NCBI GenBank assembly: GCA_051747805.1
Contig: JBNJGP010000045.1
Coordinates: 1 to 22,643, forward strand
Length of the DNA: 22,643 nucleotides
Source of the DNA: Candidatus Muiribacteriota bacterium
Lineage (GTDB): Bacteria > Muiribacteriota > Muiribacteriia > Muiribacteriales > Muiribacteriaceae
Direction of reading: 5' to 3'
Under the pieces are notes generated by a model. That model searched no databases, was not told the origin of the DNA, and was given only the letters and a program-made list of their open reading frames with translations. The translations under genes were made by a program, and so were the position numbers. This document shows, one piece after another, positions 8,401-17,979 of this stretch; position 1 is the stretch's first letter; every line of letters starts with the position of its first letter.

Positions 8401-10054
8401 TAAAAATGAAATTGTAAATAATAAAAAGGATGTAATTTTAACCGGACACGCAGGTGATGGTAAAACAACAATAGCTCTTGAACTTTTTAAAGATTTAAAA
8501 GGGCTTTCTAACGAAGAAGAATTAGATAAGCCATTGGATAAACAGGAGCTTATTAACGAAAAAATCAAAATTATAAAAGATTTTAGTGAATGGAAAACTG
8601 AAGAGTGGGTGGAAATTATTAATGATTCAAAGCAGAATGATTCCCCTGTTATGCTTTTGGTTTCTAATACTGGAACTTTGATTGAAGCTTTTAAAGCTTC
8701 AGATAAAAACAATGGAGCAAAAAATTTACTCGAATCAGAAAGCAGACTTCTTGAGGCTTTTTCAGAAAGCAGGCCTGCCCCTTTTTTTCATAATGGGAAA
8801 GAGTATATTATAATAAATTTGGCGATGTTTGATAATTTAAATATTGCAAGGGATATTTTTGATAAAATTATAAAATCTGAAGCTTGGGCTAAGTGCGATA
8901 ATTGTGAGCAACAGGTTAATTGTCCAGTAAAAATTAATATTGATATTTTAAATAACAATAAATTTGCTGTTAAAAGGATTTTTTATATATATCGACGATT
9001 ATTCGAATATGGTTGTAGGTTTACTCTGCGTCAAATTGTAGAGCATCTAGCATATATAATTACTTCGGGAATGAATTATAATGATATTATAGAGTATTCA
9101 AACAAACCAAACCCACCTCTTTTGACTGAATTGTTGTTTTTTAACAGATTTTTTGGTGATAGCGGTAAATTTAAGGATTTTAAAGCAGATCAAATTTCAA
9201 TAATTAAAAAAATTAAGGAAATGGAGATCGGTCAGGAAATAAGTTCTGAGCTTGAAAGGAAGCTATGGGTAAGGGGTCAGAGTTTAGATTGTGATATTGA
9301 TAACTGGCTTGGAAAAAGCCAGTTAAATAAATTAATGGGAATAGGTTCGGGGAAAATTAATCATAATAAATCTTATCAACATTATGCAAGAAGGCAGGTT
9401 AGAAGAATAATTTATTTTCTTTATGATTTTTCAGCAAAATATAATGATATTCACTTTATTAGTGAAAATTATATATCAAAATTTCTTGCATCTCCAATGT
9501 TTTTAAAATTTATAAAATGGAAAGATGATTATACCCAGCTAAAAGAAATCGAAAAAAAACATCTAAAAGTCAGAATTCTTCATGTGCTTCAGGAATACTT
9601 TTCCGGGGTAAGGATACCAGAAGAATCTTCCTTTAAGGGGAATCTTTATATAACTCTTGCAAGAAGAAAATTTGATGTGAAACAAAACACTCAGGTTGTT
9701 CTTTCAGATTTCAGAGAAAAGGATTTTGACCTGAGAATCAAAGAAAAAGATGATGGTGTCAAAAAAAAGAATACCCTGGTATTTACCGGTATCGGTCCTT
9801 TAGATGATGCTGAACTGGAACTGGAGCTTCCTTTTTTAGATTATGTGATAAATCGCCATTATGGAAACATTACTCAGTCATTAAATTCCGGGTTTTGTGA
9901 TAGAATAGAAGCGTTTAAAGCAAAGTTACTTACCTTAAATAAAAATTCTTATAATAAAAATTTAACTCTTATTAATATAAAAACAGATAATTCATTTGTT
10001 GAGCAGCAGTTCTTTATTGAAAATAATTCTTTGGAGGTAACAAAAAATGCCTAA
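5453..10054 (+). CDS. Multidomain defence kinase: putative sulfur-binding domain - NERD nuclease - pseudokinase - Ser/Thr kinase - DndF-like P-loop ATPase (MAD6/PglW-like core)
   Basis: SPHKYIFLL...EYPFYYLANDAIW (SBD-like); YEIDFFVVSPFGIYVVELK (NERD); IVHRNLSPDNIL, NFD, YMAPE (degenerate kinase); LCLKLF, LHNDIKPENI, LIDFG, GTEGYVPP (intact kinase); ILTGHAGDGKTT, IIKDFS, SNTGTL, TLRQI (DndF-type ATPase). Start re-assigned from TTG 5426 to ATG 5453 (AAAGGA at 5441-5446). Confidence 0.85.
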   Translation: MNNQKFDCQFIIQTINNIKINKNKNNISPHKYIFLLTLIDLYKKDSNRENKFYLDQELVNKFQKKINEFKIKDKQNQLLIEYPFYYLANDAIWFHKLKKSKEILYKDYVESVKRLTRKKLLETVEYGYLEESLHNALSDKNCRDEICAFLINKIQKESKIFLKSKPLRGNVNHSLYQHEADAIDSLSIKIKSGNLGFVCSNIEVCDPSSNKYYEIDFFVVSPFGIYVVELKHLKANIEIKPHKWKINGHFKKDFHLLNNSKARIIKGLCQNKFSYLEIPYVESVVVLTHPNAEVTGDSSIKTKKNQPSFSSIERFVSYLKYQKETKPSIIDTELAKSVCNYIKNLSEPGKSKSFDLPGYEIVEYLYRGEDRDEFLAKRIDTNIRRLQRLRVFYEPLNNIDDSVYKEAKERSKRNLETVANIDGHPNILDVIEVPNDYGYIIESSYWSEQGTLEDYISENAPIPKSKATFYIQGILNGLKSCHENEIVHRNLSPDNILIVNDIPKIMNFDLSFHAIGVEHTVMAEPENLKKSPYMAPEIYMGSSDYKSDLFSLGVIFYEMLTGELPFKNSQELINTDGCLSSKFKNKISETGLSEDLQDIIFDLIQYDLVKRPDTEDIYEKINQTENQKQKYSNNPLSPDDVDVNEQFKIIEYFKDKGSDAQIYKAYGPLKEELCLKLFNIDVPQERIINEKEMSSLVSHSDIIKSKYCQKWSDKRWLVAFKWVEGSSLRELINKELPDFDKFIQIGKKLIYLVKMLHTYSDKPVLHNDIKPENIIVSQDNENSPKLIDFGIASYPDIKTYAGTEGYVPPDNVSDSDRDFCEDGDLFALGVTLFEYFFGKKPYKHLSAGAEVADINNLRDDLTKDLKQWFFQAVNTKFQFRFSSAQEMEDEFLVAIGEKSLENIDSQSKTIEKEEKFETEIPENHDLAKVEFKPDIIEGPNPFVEYLNTLHTLNSNSSNMLAESQACTEWFKYIHVKHPLVETIKNEIVNNKKDVILTGHAGDGKTTIALELFKDLKGLSNEEELDKPLDKQELINEKIKIIKDFSEWKTEEWVEIINDSKQNDSPVMLLVSNTGTLIEAFKASDKNNGAKNLLESESRLLEAFSESRPAPFFHNGKEYIIINLAMFDNLNIARDIFDKIIKSEAWAKCDNCEQQVNCPVKINIDILNNNKFAVKRIFYIYRRLFEYGCRFTLRQIVEHLAYIITSGMNYNDIIEYSNKPNPPLLTELLFFNRFFGDSGKFKDFKADQISIIKKIKEMEIGQEISSELERKLWVRGQSLDCDIDNWLGKSQLNKLMGIGSGKINHNKSYQHYARRQVRRIIYFLYDFSAKYNDIHFISENYISKFLASPMFLKFIKWKDDYTQLKEIEKKHLKVRILHVLQEYFSGVRIPEESSFKGNLYITLARRKFDVKQNTQVVLSDFREKDFDLRIKEKDDGVKKKNTLVFTGIGPLDDAELELELPFLDYVINRHYGNITQSLNSGFCDRIEAFKAKLLTLNKNSYNKNLTLINIKTDNSFVEQQFFIENNSLEVTKNA

Positions 10055-11717
10055 TCCGTTTCCTGATATTATAAGAAGATCTGACGAAATTCAACAGCCT
10101 GATTCAAATCCTGGAATTCAGCTTTTTGGAAGGAGATTTTTTAAAGATCAAACTATACCGGAATTTTTGCTTGAACTTTTATTGGTTTTTGTATCTGAAA
10201 AAAGGATAGGAAATAATGAAATTGAAAGCTGTTTATTTCCTGACATAAGTTTATTAAGATCATGGCAAAATGAAAAGTTAGAATATGCACCTAAATTAAG
10301 ATTAAATCTTAAGCTTTTTTCTTTACTTGGTGCTTCAAAGCTTGAAACAAGGCATGAATCTCATATTAATCATTATAGAAACTTTATAACTAATTTAAAA
10401 AGCAGAATATCAGCTTCAGGTTTAACTGAAGAAGATGCTATGAAGAGTTTGGAGAATCTTTTTTTAGGTCTCCAGCATGTTGGTGGCGACAGAACATGGT
10501 GTGCTCAGTTTTTTACAGCTGTTTCTTCAGAAATTTTATCAGGAGAAGTGATATGGAAAGATGTCAAATATAAAAGTAATAACAGTGAAAAAAAATTAGC
10601 ATGGGGTGATGATGGCTTTTGGTCATTTTTTGATTCTAGGCAAAGGCTTTTCTTAGCACGTGGTGGAGAGGTTTTATATCTTCAAATCTGTAATAGTTTA
10701 AGAGTTTCTAAAAGTGATATTGATAATTGGTGCAGAGATATCAATTTAAGCCTTAGTGATGAAGAATCTGATCCTGAGTTATTAAGGCAAAGCATAAATT
10801 ATTTTTTAAATCAGTCTCTCAATGATTCTCCACAGGGAATAAGTGATCTGGTAACTTTTATAGATGAGAAAGTTGAAGAATATACTCATATTCAGACTTA
10901 TTATAAAGACCATAAAAAAAGTGATTTAAATTTTACTGAATGCGGATGGTGTCCTGAAGAGACCTGGAGAGAAGGTTATCTTTTTACTTTAGATATTTTG
11001 AGAATTTGTAAAGCAGAAATAGATCCAGTTGAGAGGATTTCATTGCTGGAAACTGCCTGTGCCTTTCAGGTACTAAGAACACTTTGTGCTCAGAGTGCAA
11101 GGTATTATTCTGCTGACAGGTTGAATAAAGATTCAGGATCACCTTTGGGTTATGCATGGGCTGTTTCTGATTACGAAGGAAAGAATGAAGTTTTAAAAAA
11201 GATTTCGAGACGGAGCTTAGAATCAAATCTTTTGATGATACAGAATGCAGTAAGGCATGAAGATATTCAAAGTAATATTGAAAAACAGAGAGAAGAAGCT
11301 GAAAAAAAGAATAAAAATTTTAAAGATCCTTATAAAAAAGCTGATGATGATTATGGGTATAAATTATTTCTGAATATAGCAAAAAAAATGGGTTTTATTG
11401 TTCCAAGGAGAGGAGCTGGAGCAAGATTTGTATTAACAGAGAAATTCCTTAGGTTCTTTGTTTTAACTATCATCAGGCCAGGGGAAAGAATGACTTTTGA
11501 ATCTTTTAAAGAACAATTATTTATAAGATTTGGAATAGCTATAGGAACCAATTTTTTAACTGATTCAATAGAATGGTCTGGTTTTCACAAACCTGACTCA
11601 CTAGGTTCAGATACAGATCAGTGGGTAATTAATATGCTTAATGAATCAGGTATGCTTGTTGTTCTCTCAGATTCCTGCTCAATGATAAAAAATCCTTTTA
11701 AATCAAGAGAGGTTTAG
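10047..11717 (+). CDS. DndG/DptG- or MAD7-like protein, 556 aa
   Basis: C-terminal GFIVPRRGAGARFVLTEKFL...LNESGMLVVLSDS resembles the DptG-type 'RG..G...l' and 'G.l...SD' tail. It sits between DndF-like and DndH-like genes, overlaps the upstream gene by 8 nt (ATGCCTAA) and has GGAGG near 10033. Confidence 0.62.
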   Translation: MPNPFPDIIRRSDEIQQPDSNPGIQLFGRRFFKDQTIPEFLLELLLVFVSEKRIGNNEIESCLFPDISLLRSWQNEKLEYAPKLRLNLKLFSLLGASKLETRHESHINHYRNFITNLKSRISASGLTEEDAMKSLENLFLGLQHVGGDRTWCAQFFTAVSSEILSGEVIWKDVKYKSNNSEKKLAWGDDGFWSFFDSRQRLFLARGGEVLYLQICNSLRVSKSDIDNWCRDINLSLSDEESDPELLRQSINYFLNQSLNDSPQGISDLVTFIDEKVEEYTHIQTYYKDHKKSDLNFTECGWCPEETWREGYLFTLDILRICKAEIDPVERISLLETACAFQVLRTLCAQSARYYSADRLNKDSGSPLGYAWAVSDYEGKNEVLKKISRRSLESNLLMIQNAVRHEDIQSNIEKQREEAEKKNKNFKDPYKKADDDYGYKLFLNIAKKMGFIVPRRGAGARFVLTEKFLRFFVLTIIRPGERMTFESFKEQLFIRFGIAIGTNFLTDSIEWSGFHKPDSLGSDTDQWVINMLNESGMLVVLSDSCSMIKNPFKSREV

Positions 11718-11722
11718 GTTTA

Positions 11723-14700
11723 ATGAATTATTTTGTTCAAAGTGTTTGTAAATATATTTCTGATCAGGCTGATTATAAAGACTCTAATTCTAAAAAAATG
11801 ATTATAACTTTGCCAGGATACAGCAACGATATAATGGTTTCGATAGGCAAAGAACTTGAGGCATTACTAAGTGAAAAGGATATTGATCTAGTATATAAGA
11901 TTGCAAAACCTTTATGGCAATTATGGGATAAATCTAATTCTGGATCTGAAAAGCTTCTTGATGAAGCAAAAAATAAGGATTGGCTGGATTTTGATGGTAA
12001 TTTAACTAAATACAGAAATTCTGATTTCGAAAATATTTCTGAAAGAACCAAGCTGATTGTGCTTGGCGGTGTAGATTATATTAATGATTCTTCAAGTTTA
12101 GCTGATTTTCATTCATGCTCTGCTTCAGTATTATGGAATTCTCAGAATTATTTAAACAAAAGTTTTGTTTACTGGATAGAAAGTTTTTTAAAAAACAATA
12201 ATATCGGTTATGAACTTGATGTTGTTCCAAAATTTGATCATGTTCTTATGAATTTATTAGAGCGTGTACCTACAGATATTATTCAGATTAGTTATTTTTT
12301 AGAGAGCATTGACTTAGCAGGAATTCAGGCTGGAGAAGATGCCTTTAAAGTCTTATTAACATCTTTGGATTATTTTAATCTGCCCAATCTTTCTAGTTTT
12401 GATTTTATAAAGAAGAAAAATATTGGACCATATATAGAATCTGCTAGTTCTTTCGCTTCTTATGGAATGTTTATCGATAAAACTACCAGAGATAAGTACT
12501 ATAACAAAGTTTTTGATTATCAATCTAATATGACTGATGAAAATTTGTTGTATGAAGATGGAAAGATAGGTTTTTACAAATCGGATAATGATTTTTTAGA
12601 AGATTTAAAAGAATATATTGATACAGGTGATGAAAATAAGCTGAAAAGTCTTTTGAAATGCGATTATACAGAAATTTTAGACAATATTTTTAAGTTTAAA
12701 ATTAAGAAGGAGTCAAGCAGCAGCAATGATGAGCCTAAATTTAAAAAACTTGGCACAGATCCTGTTGAAAGTGTTTTGACTGCCATATGGATTACATTAG
12801 GTGATTTTAAAAAGAATGCATCATCTAAAAATTTTATTGCCCATGAAATATGCAGTGAAATTAAAATTATATCTAATAAATTTGAACATAATTTTGAATC
12901 GGAAAGTAAAAAAACATCAGCTAAACATGATATTGCAAGGGATTTTATAAAAAAATTTTTAGGCGGTCTTGATGTCTGGTTTAATGAATATATTGAAATA
13001 AAAGATTCTGGAAATACAAATGATAATATACTTGTTGAATCTTTGTTAGAAAATGAAGACATAGATTTAACTTATAAAGCTAATAAAGAGCCAAATCTGA
13101 ATTTTTCAATCATAATTGATTCAAATATTCCAGGATGTCCTATTGAAAGAAAATTTTCAATAAGAATCCCGGATATTTCTCCTTATAAAGTAGCGTTGGA
13201 ATTGTTTGATAAAGTTATGGGTGATTTTCGTAATTATGAAAAGCCTGTTATTCCTGTCTTTTCTTTTCCATATTATGAAGAACTTATGCTTTCTAAAGAT
13301 GAAAATGAAGCAAATCGAGTTTTGTTACAGGGGGTAAGAAGAAATGATTATTTTACCTTAAACCTATTAGATATTTTTTATAAAGATTTAAAAAATGAAG
13401 ATATGAAATTTGCTAAACTATTTAAAAATTTGGCTTTAAAATACAACGATTTTGTTAAGTTAGTAAATGAAAAAGGTCTTTTTAAAGCTTTATTTGGGTA
13501 TGACACTTTAAGGCAAGCTATTGAAGAATTATATAATTATTATTTTGATCATGAAAATAAAACGCTTGAAGATTATGCAGCAATTCTTCATAAATTTTTT
13601 CTAGTTCTAAAGCAGTTTAATCATAATGAATTCAACTCTTGGGTATGGCAAAAATATGAGCCCTCTGCAGTAGTTACTGTGCTTCATCCTTCACTTTTAG
13701 AAATGCTTCAGTCAAGAATGCTATATTTGTTTAACTGCTTTAATTATGAAGCTCATAAAGAATTTAATTCAGTTAAAAAAACTAGCTTTCCCATATCATT
13801 ATGGAATTATTATTTAAATCTCGCAGTTATTAAAATGCCTCTATCCGGTATATTAAAAGACAGTTCTGGTGTTTTTGAATCTTCTGTGAGGGGTGAAGGG
13901 CTCCTTCATCGTATAGGTCTTGATAATTCTGCAGAGGCTTCATTATCGACAAGGCTCATGCTTAAATATGATAATTTTGATGATGATTTATCAGATCAGA
14001 TTATGTTTAAAGAAACTAGTGAGTCTCTTCTGATTTATAGAGTGCTTAAAGATTATTGGGAGCTTCACACTCATGCTCAGGACAGTATAAGTATCGCTGT
14101 ATTTCAGAATCATGATATTCAGCCTTTAATAGCTGCTGTTGATAAGTATATAAGTGATGATGAAATAAACCAAAATATTAATGAACGTTTGTATCATATC
14201 AATATAACTATATTCTCAGAGTCTTCTGATAATACAGGCGTTAGTAACTGGATAGAAGAGTGGAAAGAAAGGTGGGAAGCTTCAGAGGTTGAGAATAAAC
14301 TTTCTCACTATAGAAAATGCAAATTATCTCTTTCACATAGAATTGTTAAGCCTGAGAATAATTATGAACAATTTTTAAGTATACTTCATGATAATTTTGA
14401 TGCAGATATAATTTTTTTAAGCCGTTTTATAACTTCCGACAATGGTAGTGATTTTGAAAAAGTTGAGCCTTTTGATACTACATCAAGAAACTTAAAATTT
14501 CCTATTCTTGAAAAAATTTTTTGTGCTCCTGAAGAAAGGAGATCTTCTGATTCAAGATATAGGGTCATAAGTAATAGGCAGTTTAAAATTGCTAATAAGC
14601 ATTTGGAAGTAATGACCAGAATAAAAGGAATTGAAAGAGGATCTTATGTTGCTTTAGGATGTGGTGATTTTTCTCCATGGAAAAAAGTTATAGATATTCT

Positions 14701-17098
14701 TCATAAAAAAACAGAATGGGTTGTCTGCATTGATTCAAGTATCGATGAACAGCTAATACAAAGCAGTTCTGATTCATCAGTAAGAGACATTATAGGTTTC
14801 GGTTCAGGTGTTGGAGCTCATGGTGAAGATAATTATACTATATCAACAGAGCAGTTCCATTTTTCTGATATAAAACAGATGCTTAAGGATTCTGTTTCAA
14901 ATGTAGTAAATGGTTGGAGTCAGGAAGATTACTCTAAGGCAGCTGAATTTACAATAAATCAGGCAAAGTCTTTTTCAGGCCTTTCATTAATAAAATCAAC
15001 AGGTAGTAGTAACCAGATAAGGGATCTTTTAGCATATTCTTTTGTTGGTAAAATTTTTTCAAGTTCCAATGAGTATCTTTGTAACAAACTTGTATCTCTT
15101 GATGCTTATAGACACTGGTTTGAGCGTAGTGAATCGAAAATGAGGCCTGATTTAATGCTGATCACTGCAGATATCGATGATAAAGATATTTTTAATATTA
15201 ATATTAAACTAATTGAGTGTAAAATATCTGAAAATATAGACCGGCATATAGAAAAAGCAAATCACCAGATTCAAAATGGTTTAGATGTTTTAATTCCTGC
15301 TTTTTTACCGAAAATGGAAAACCAAAACTATAATTTTAATGAAAATAGTGTAAGCCCTGAGAACAGGCCAGATGCCAGATATTGGTGGTTACAACTTCAC
15401 CGACTAATTGCAAGCAAAACATCTGTGAAGTTAAACAGAAAAAATGAAGTTTTGAATGCTTTTGAACGTCTTGCTGAAGGTGAGTATTCAATTTCATGGG
15501 GTGCTGCAATTTTTACCTGCTCAATCGATAATATGTCGGAAACAATAGAAAATAAAGAAACTCGAATGTTTGATATAATGGGAAAAGATATTGCAATACC
15601 CCATATTAGTGCTGGCAATAGGGCATTAAGAAAGATTTGCTATGGGGAAAGTGTATCTTTTAATAATTATGATAAAATAAATACTATTTTTTTTGATTAT
15701 GAGTCCAGTTTTGAACAACAAACTGCAGAACCTGATTTTGATGATGAAGGCATTAGGTCAGAAATCAATGAAGAACAAATTTTAACCAATTTTAATAATG
15801 AAAAGGAATTAGGAGAATCTGTGGTTAGAGAAATTGATCAAGAGGTAGATGAAGTCACAGCTGTTAGTCCGAATGAAAGTTCTAAACCTTCAGAGGCTTT
15901 TGACTATAGAGATTATAATGAGAATGAAAATGATTTAGGTTCAGAAAAGTTGAATAATATACCTGATAGAGTGTTTCTTGGGACTTCTGTTAATGGAAGT
16001 AGAACAGTATATTGGGAGTTTGGTCATGAAGAACTAAGCAACAGGCACATGCTGATATTTGGAAGCTCAGGAATGGGTAAGACTTATGCCATCCAATGCA
16101 TATTAAATGAACTGGGCTGGTTAAATCAAAATTCTTTGGTAGTAGATTACACAAATGGTTTTTTACCTGAACAGCTTGAAGATGAAACTAAAAAATACCT
16201 TTATCCAAAACAACACTATATAATTAAAGAACCTTTACCTATAAGTCCATTTAAACTTCAAAACCAGATAATTGGTGGTGAAATTTTTCCTGAGAATATA
16301 GGCACTGCCTCTAAGCGAATAACTTCTATATTTAATTCTGTTCATGATTTAGGTCCTCAGCAGTATAGTGTTTTACTCGATGCGGTTAATGATGGGATTC
16401 AAACTTATGGTGACACTTTCAACTTGGAAATTCTTTTAGATATATTGGAAGGCTATTTAGATGACAAGTCAAAGCAAAAAGCTGCAGTACAATCGTTAAT
16501 GAGTAAATTAAAACCTTTTATAATGGACAGTCCTTTTTCATCAGAAAATACAGGAATAAGTTGGGATTATCTTTTTACTGATAAGAATCATTTATGTAAT
16601 ATTTTTCAGCTTGCAGGTTTAGATATGCAAGCCTGGAAGCTTGTATCTGAATTTTTGATGTGGGATTTTTATTCTTTTGTAAGAGGTGCGGGCAATAAAA
16701 ATTTGCCTAAAGTTCTTGTACTTGATGAGGTTCAAAATTTAAATCATCGTGAAGAATTTCCTTTAGCAAAATATCTTACCGAAGGTCGAAAATTTGGTAT
16801 TTCGTTAATTTTGGCAACTCAAACTTTAATTAATCTCTATCCTGAAGAAAGAAATAGATTGTTTCAGGCAGGTCATAAATTGTTTTTTAAACCTGCAGAT
16901 ACTGAAGTAAAGGAATACTCGAAAGTTTTGGAAACTGTGACAAGTGAACCTGCAAAACTTTGGGCTGATCGTTTGTCAAAGCTTAAAAAAGGAGAATGTT
17001 ATTCAGTAGGACCTTCTTTAAATAATAATAATGAATTAGAAACCAAAGCTTTTAAAATTGCAGTAACATCAATGCAAGACAGAGATTTTAATGGCTAA
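11723..17098 (+). CDS. DndH/DptH- or MAD8-like protein: PD-(D/E)xK-like nuclease domain plus C-terminal HerA/FtsK-type ATPase, 1791 aa
   Basis: NRHMLIFGSSGMGKT (Walker A, near 16061), VLVLDEVQNL (Walker B), LTEGRKFGISLILATQ (HerA/VirB4 Arg-finger and sensor motif). SLDAYRHWF...RPDLMLI...LIECK...ANHQI is the nuclease-like motif. Acidic linker about 15700-15950. Confidence 0.8.
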   Translation: MNYFVQSVCKYISDQADYKDSNSKKMIITLPGYSNDIMVSIGKELEALLSEKDIDLVYKIAKPLWQLWDKSNSGSEKLLDEAKNKDWLDFDGNLTKYRNSDFENISERTKLIVLGGVDYINDSSSLADFHSCSASVLWNSQNYLNKSFVYWIESFLKNNNIGYELDVVPKFDHVLMNLLERVPTDIIQISYFLESIDLAGIQAGEDAFKVLLTSLDYFNLPNLSSFDFIKKKNIGPYIESASSFASYGMFIDKTTRDKYYNKVFDYQSNMTDENLLYEDGKIGFYKSDNDFLEDLKEYIDTGDENKLKSLLKCDYTEILDNIFKFKIKKESSSSNDEPKFKKLGTDPVESVLTAIWITLGDFKKNASSKNFIAHEICSEIKIISNKFEHNFESESKKTSAKHDIARDFIKKFLGGLDVWFNEYIEIKDSGNTNDNILVESLLENEDIDLTYKANKEPNLNFSIIIDSNIPGCPIERKFSIRIPDISPYKVALELFDKVMGDFRNYEKPVIPVFSFPYYEELMLSKDENEANRVLLQGVRRNDYFTLNLLDIFYKDLKNEDMKFAKLFKNLALKYNDFVKLVNEKGLFKALFGYDTLRQAIEELYNYYFDHENKTLEDYAAILHKFFLVLKQFNHNEFNSWVWQKYEPSAVVTVLHPSLLEMLQSRMLYLFNCFNYEAHKEFNSVKKTSFPISLWNYYLNLAVIKMPLSGILKDSSGVFESSVRGEGLLHRIGLDNSAEASLSTRLMLKYDNFDDDLSDQIMFKETSESLLIYRVLKDYWELHTHAQDSISIAVFQNHDIQPLIAAVDKYISDDEINQNINERLYHINITIFSESSDNTGVSNWIEEWKERWEASEVENKLSHYRKCKLSLSHRIVKPENNYEQFLSILHDNFDADIIFLSRFITSDNGSDFEKVEPFDTTSRNLKFPILEKIFCAPEERRSSDSRYRVISNRQFKIANKHLEVMTRIKGIERGSYVALGCGDFSPWKKVIDILHKKTEWVVCIDSSIDEQLIQSSSDSSVRDIIGFGSGVGAHGEDNYTISTEQFHFSDIKQMLKDSVSNVVNGWSQEDYSKAAEFTINQAKSFSGLSLIKSTGSSNQIRDLLAYSFVGKIFSSSNEYLCNKLVSLDAYRHWFERSESKMRPDLMLITADIDDKDIFNINIKLIECKISENIDRHIEKANHQIQNGLDVLIPAFLPKMENQNYNFNENSVSPENRPDARYWWLQLHRLIASKTSVKLNRKNEVLNAFERLAEGEYSISWGAAIFTCSIDNMSETIENKETRMFDIMGKDIAIPHISAGNRALRKICYGESVSFNNYDKINTIFFDYESSFEQQTAEPDFDDEGIRSEINEEQILTNFNNEKELGESVVREIDQEVDEVTAVSPNESSKPSEAFDYRDYNENENDLGSEKLNNIPDRVFLGTSVNGSRTVYWEFGHEELSNRHMLIFGSSGMGKTYAIQCILNELGWLNQNSLVVDYTNGFLPEQLEDETKKYLYPKQHYIIKEPLPISPFKLQNQIIGGEIFPENIGTASKRITSIFNSVHDLGPQQYSVLLDAVNDGIQTYGDTFNLEILLDILEGYLDDKSKQKAAVQSLMSKLKPFIMDSPFSSENTGISWDYLFTDKNHLCNIFQLAGLDMQAWKLVSEFLMWDFYSFVRGAGNKNLPKVLVLDEVQNLNHREEFPLAKYLTEGRKFGISLILATQTLINLYPEERNRLFQAGHKLFFKPADTEVKEYSKVLETVTSEPAKLWADRLSKLKKGECYSVGPSLNNNNELETKAFKIAVTSMQDRDFNG

Positions 17099-17948
17099 TC
17101 AAGAAAAAATAAATAGTAGACTTTCAAGGCATTTCCATAAGACTTTTATTCCTGAGAGGAGTTATATAAATGCTATGCTTAAATTTGCATCTACTGGTAA
17201 AAAAGGTGATGCTCAAAAGATAGCAAATATAACAGGTATTCCGACAGGTAAGTCCAGTGGGAAAGTAACGCCTACTTTAGATTATTGCAGAGGTATGGGG
17301 CTAATTGAATTATCGTTATCTTCTTTTAGAAGCTCTGTGAAGGAACCTGTACTGACAAATTTTGGTAGAGCAGTTTTTTTTGAAGACCCTTTTTTAAATG
17401 AGAGTATAACGCAATGGATTTGTCATTTTAATCTTTGTAGCACTAATATTGGTGCCGATGTTTGGTTTCAGGTTTTTTCACAGAGTTTTAATTTGATGGG
17501 TTTAAAATTTGACAGAGCAAAAATTGAAAATTATTTAAACAATATTTATGAATTAAGTAACTTTAATAATATTATTGGGCCATTAATAAGAATGTATAAT
17601 GACCCAGCTTCTTTTTCTCTGTGTGGAGCTATAAAAGAAAATAAAAATATTTGTGAAAGAATATCAGCGCCTTTAACAAAAGAGAATATTTGGGGCTATG
17701 GAGCCTGGTTGATTAATCAGATGGAAGTCAATTTCCCTTATGAGAATCAGGTTACAGTCACAGATCTGGAAAGAGCGGTTGGTTGGAGATCTATTCCTGG
17801 ATGGAACATTTCAGATTCTCATGAGTTTCTTATTAATTTAGAACAAAAAAAGATTGTTGCAGTAGATCGGCAAATGGAACCATGGGTTATACAGCGTATT
17901 TCTAAAAGCAATAACCTTTGGGAAAAAATATATGATGATCTTCTTTAA
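17091..17948 (+). CDS. Divergent second DUF4007-like (SspB-like) protein, 285 aa
   Basis: FHKTFIPERSYI, TGIPTGKSSGKV..TLDYCRGMGLI and LTNFGRAVFFEDPFLNESITQWICHFNL parallel the HETF.., GKNMV and LG....DPYIEDDATLWLLHWNL motifs of ORF 269-1204. Similar length; 8-nt overlap (ATGGCTAA) with the upstream gene. Confidence 0.65.
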   Translation: MANQEKINSRLSRHFHKTFIPERSYINAMLKFASTGKKGDAQKIANITGIPTGKSSGKVTPTLDYCRGMGLIELSLSSFRSSVKEPVLTNFGRAVFFEDPFLNESITQWICHFNLCSTNIGADVWFQVFSQSFNLMGLKFDRAKIENYLNNIYELSNFNNIIGPLIRMYNDPASFSLCGAIKENKNICERISAPLTKENIWGYGAWLINQMEVNFPYENQVTVTDLERAVGWRSIPGWNISDSHEFLINLEQKKIVAVDRQMEPWVIQRISKSNNLWEKIYDDLL

Positions 17949-17979
17949 AAGCTTTTTTGTTCTTAGTTAATTATAAAAG

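Noticed and set aside
5099..15618. Ten short minus-strand ORFs of 60-132 aa from the track (5099-5287, 5351-5542, 7438-7692, 8341-8712, 10984-11226, 11351-11551, 11773-12051, 12664-13062, 14386-14568, 15397-15618)
   Set aside because: All are antisense to well-supported genes, mostly S/L/F/I-rich as expected for reverse-complement shadows of E/K/D-rich coding DNA, and carry no motifs.
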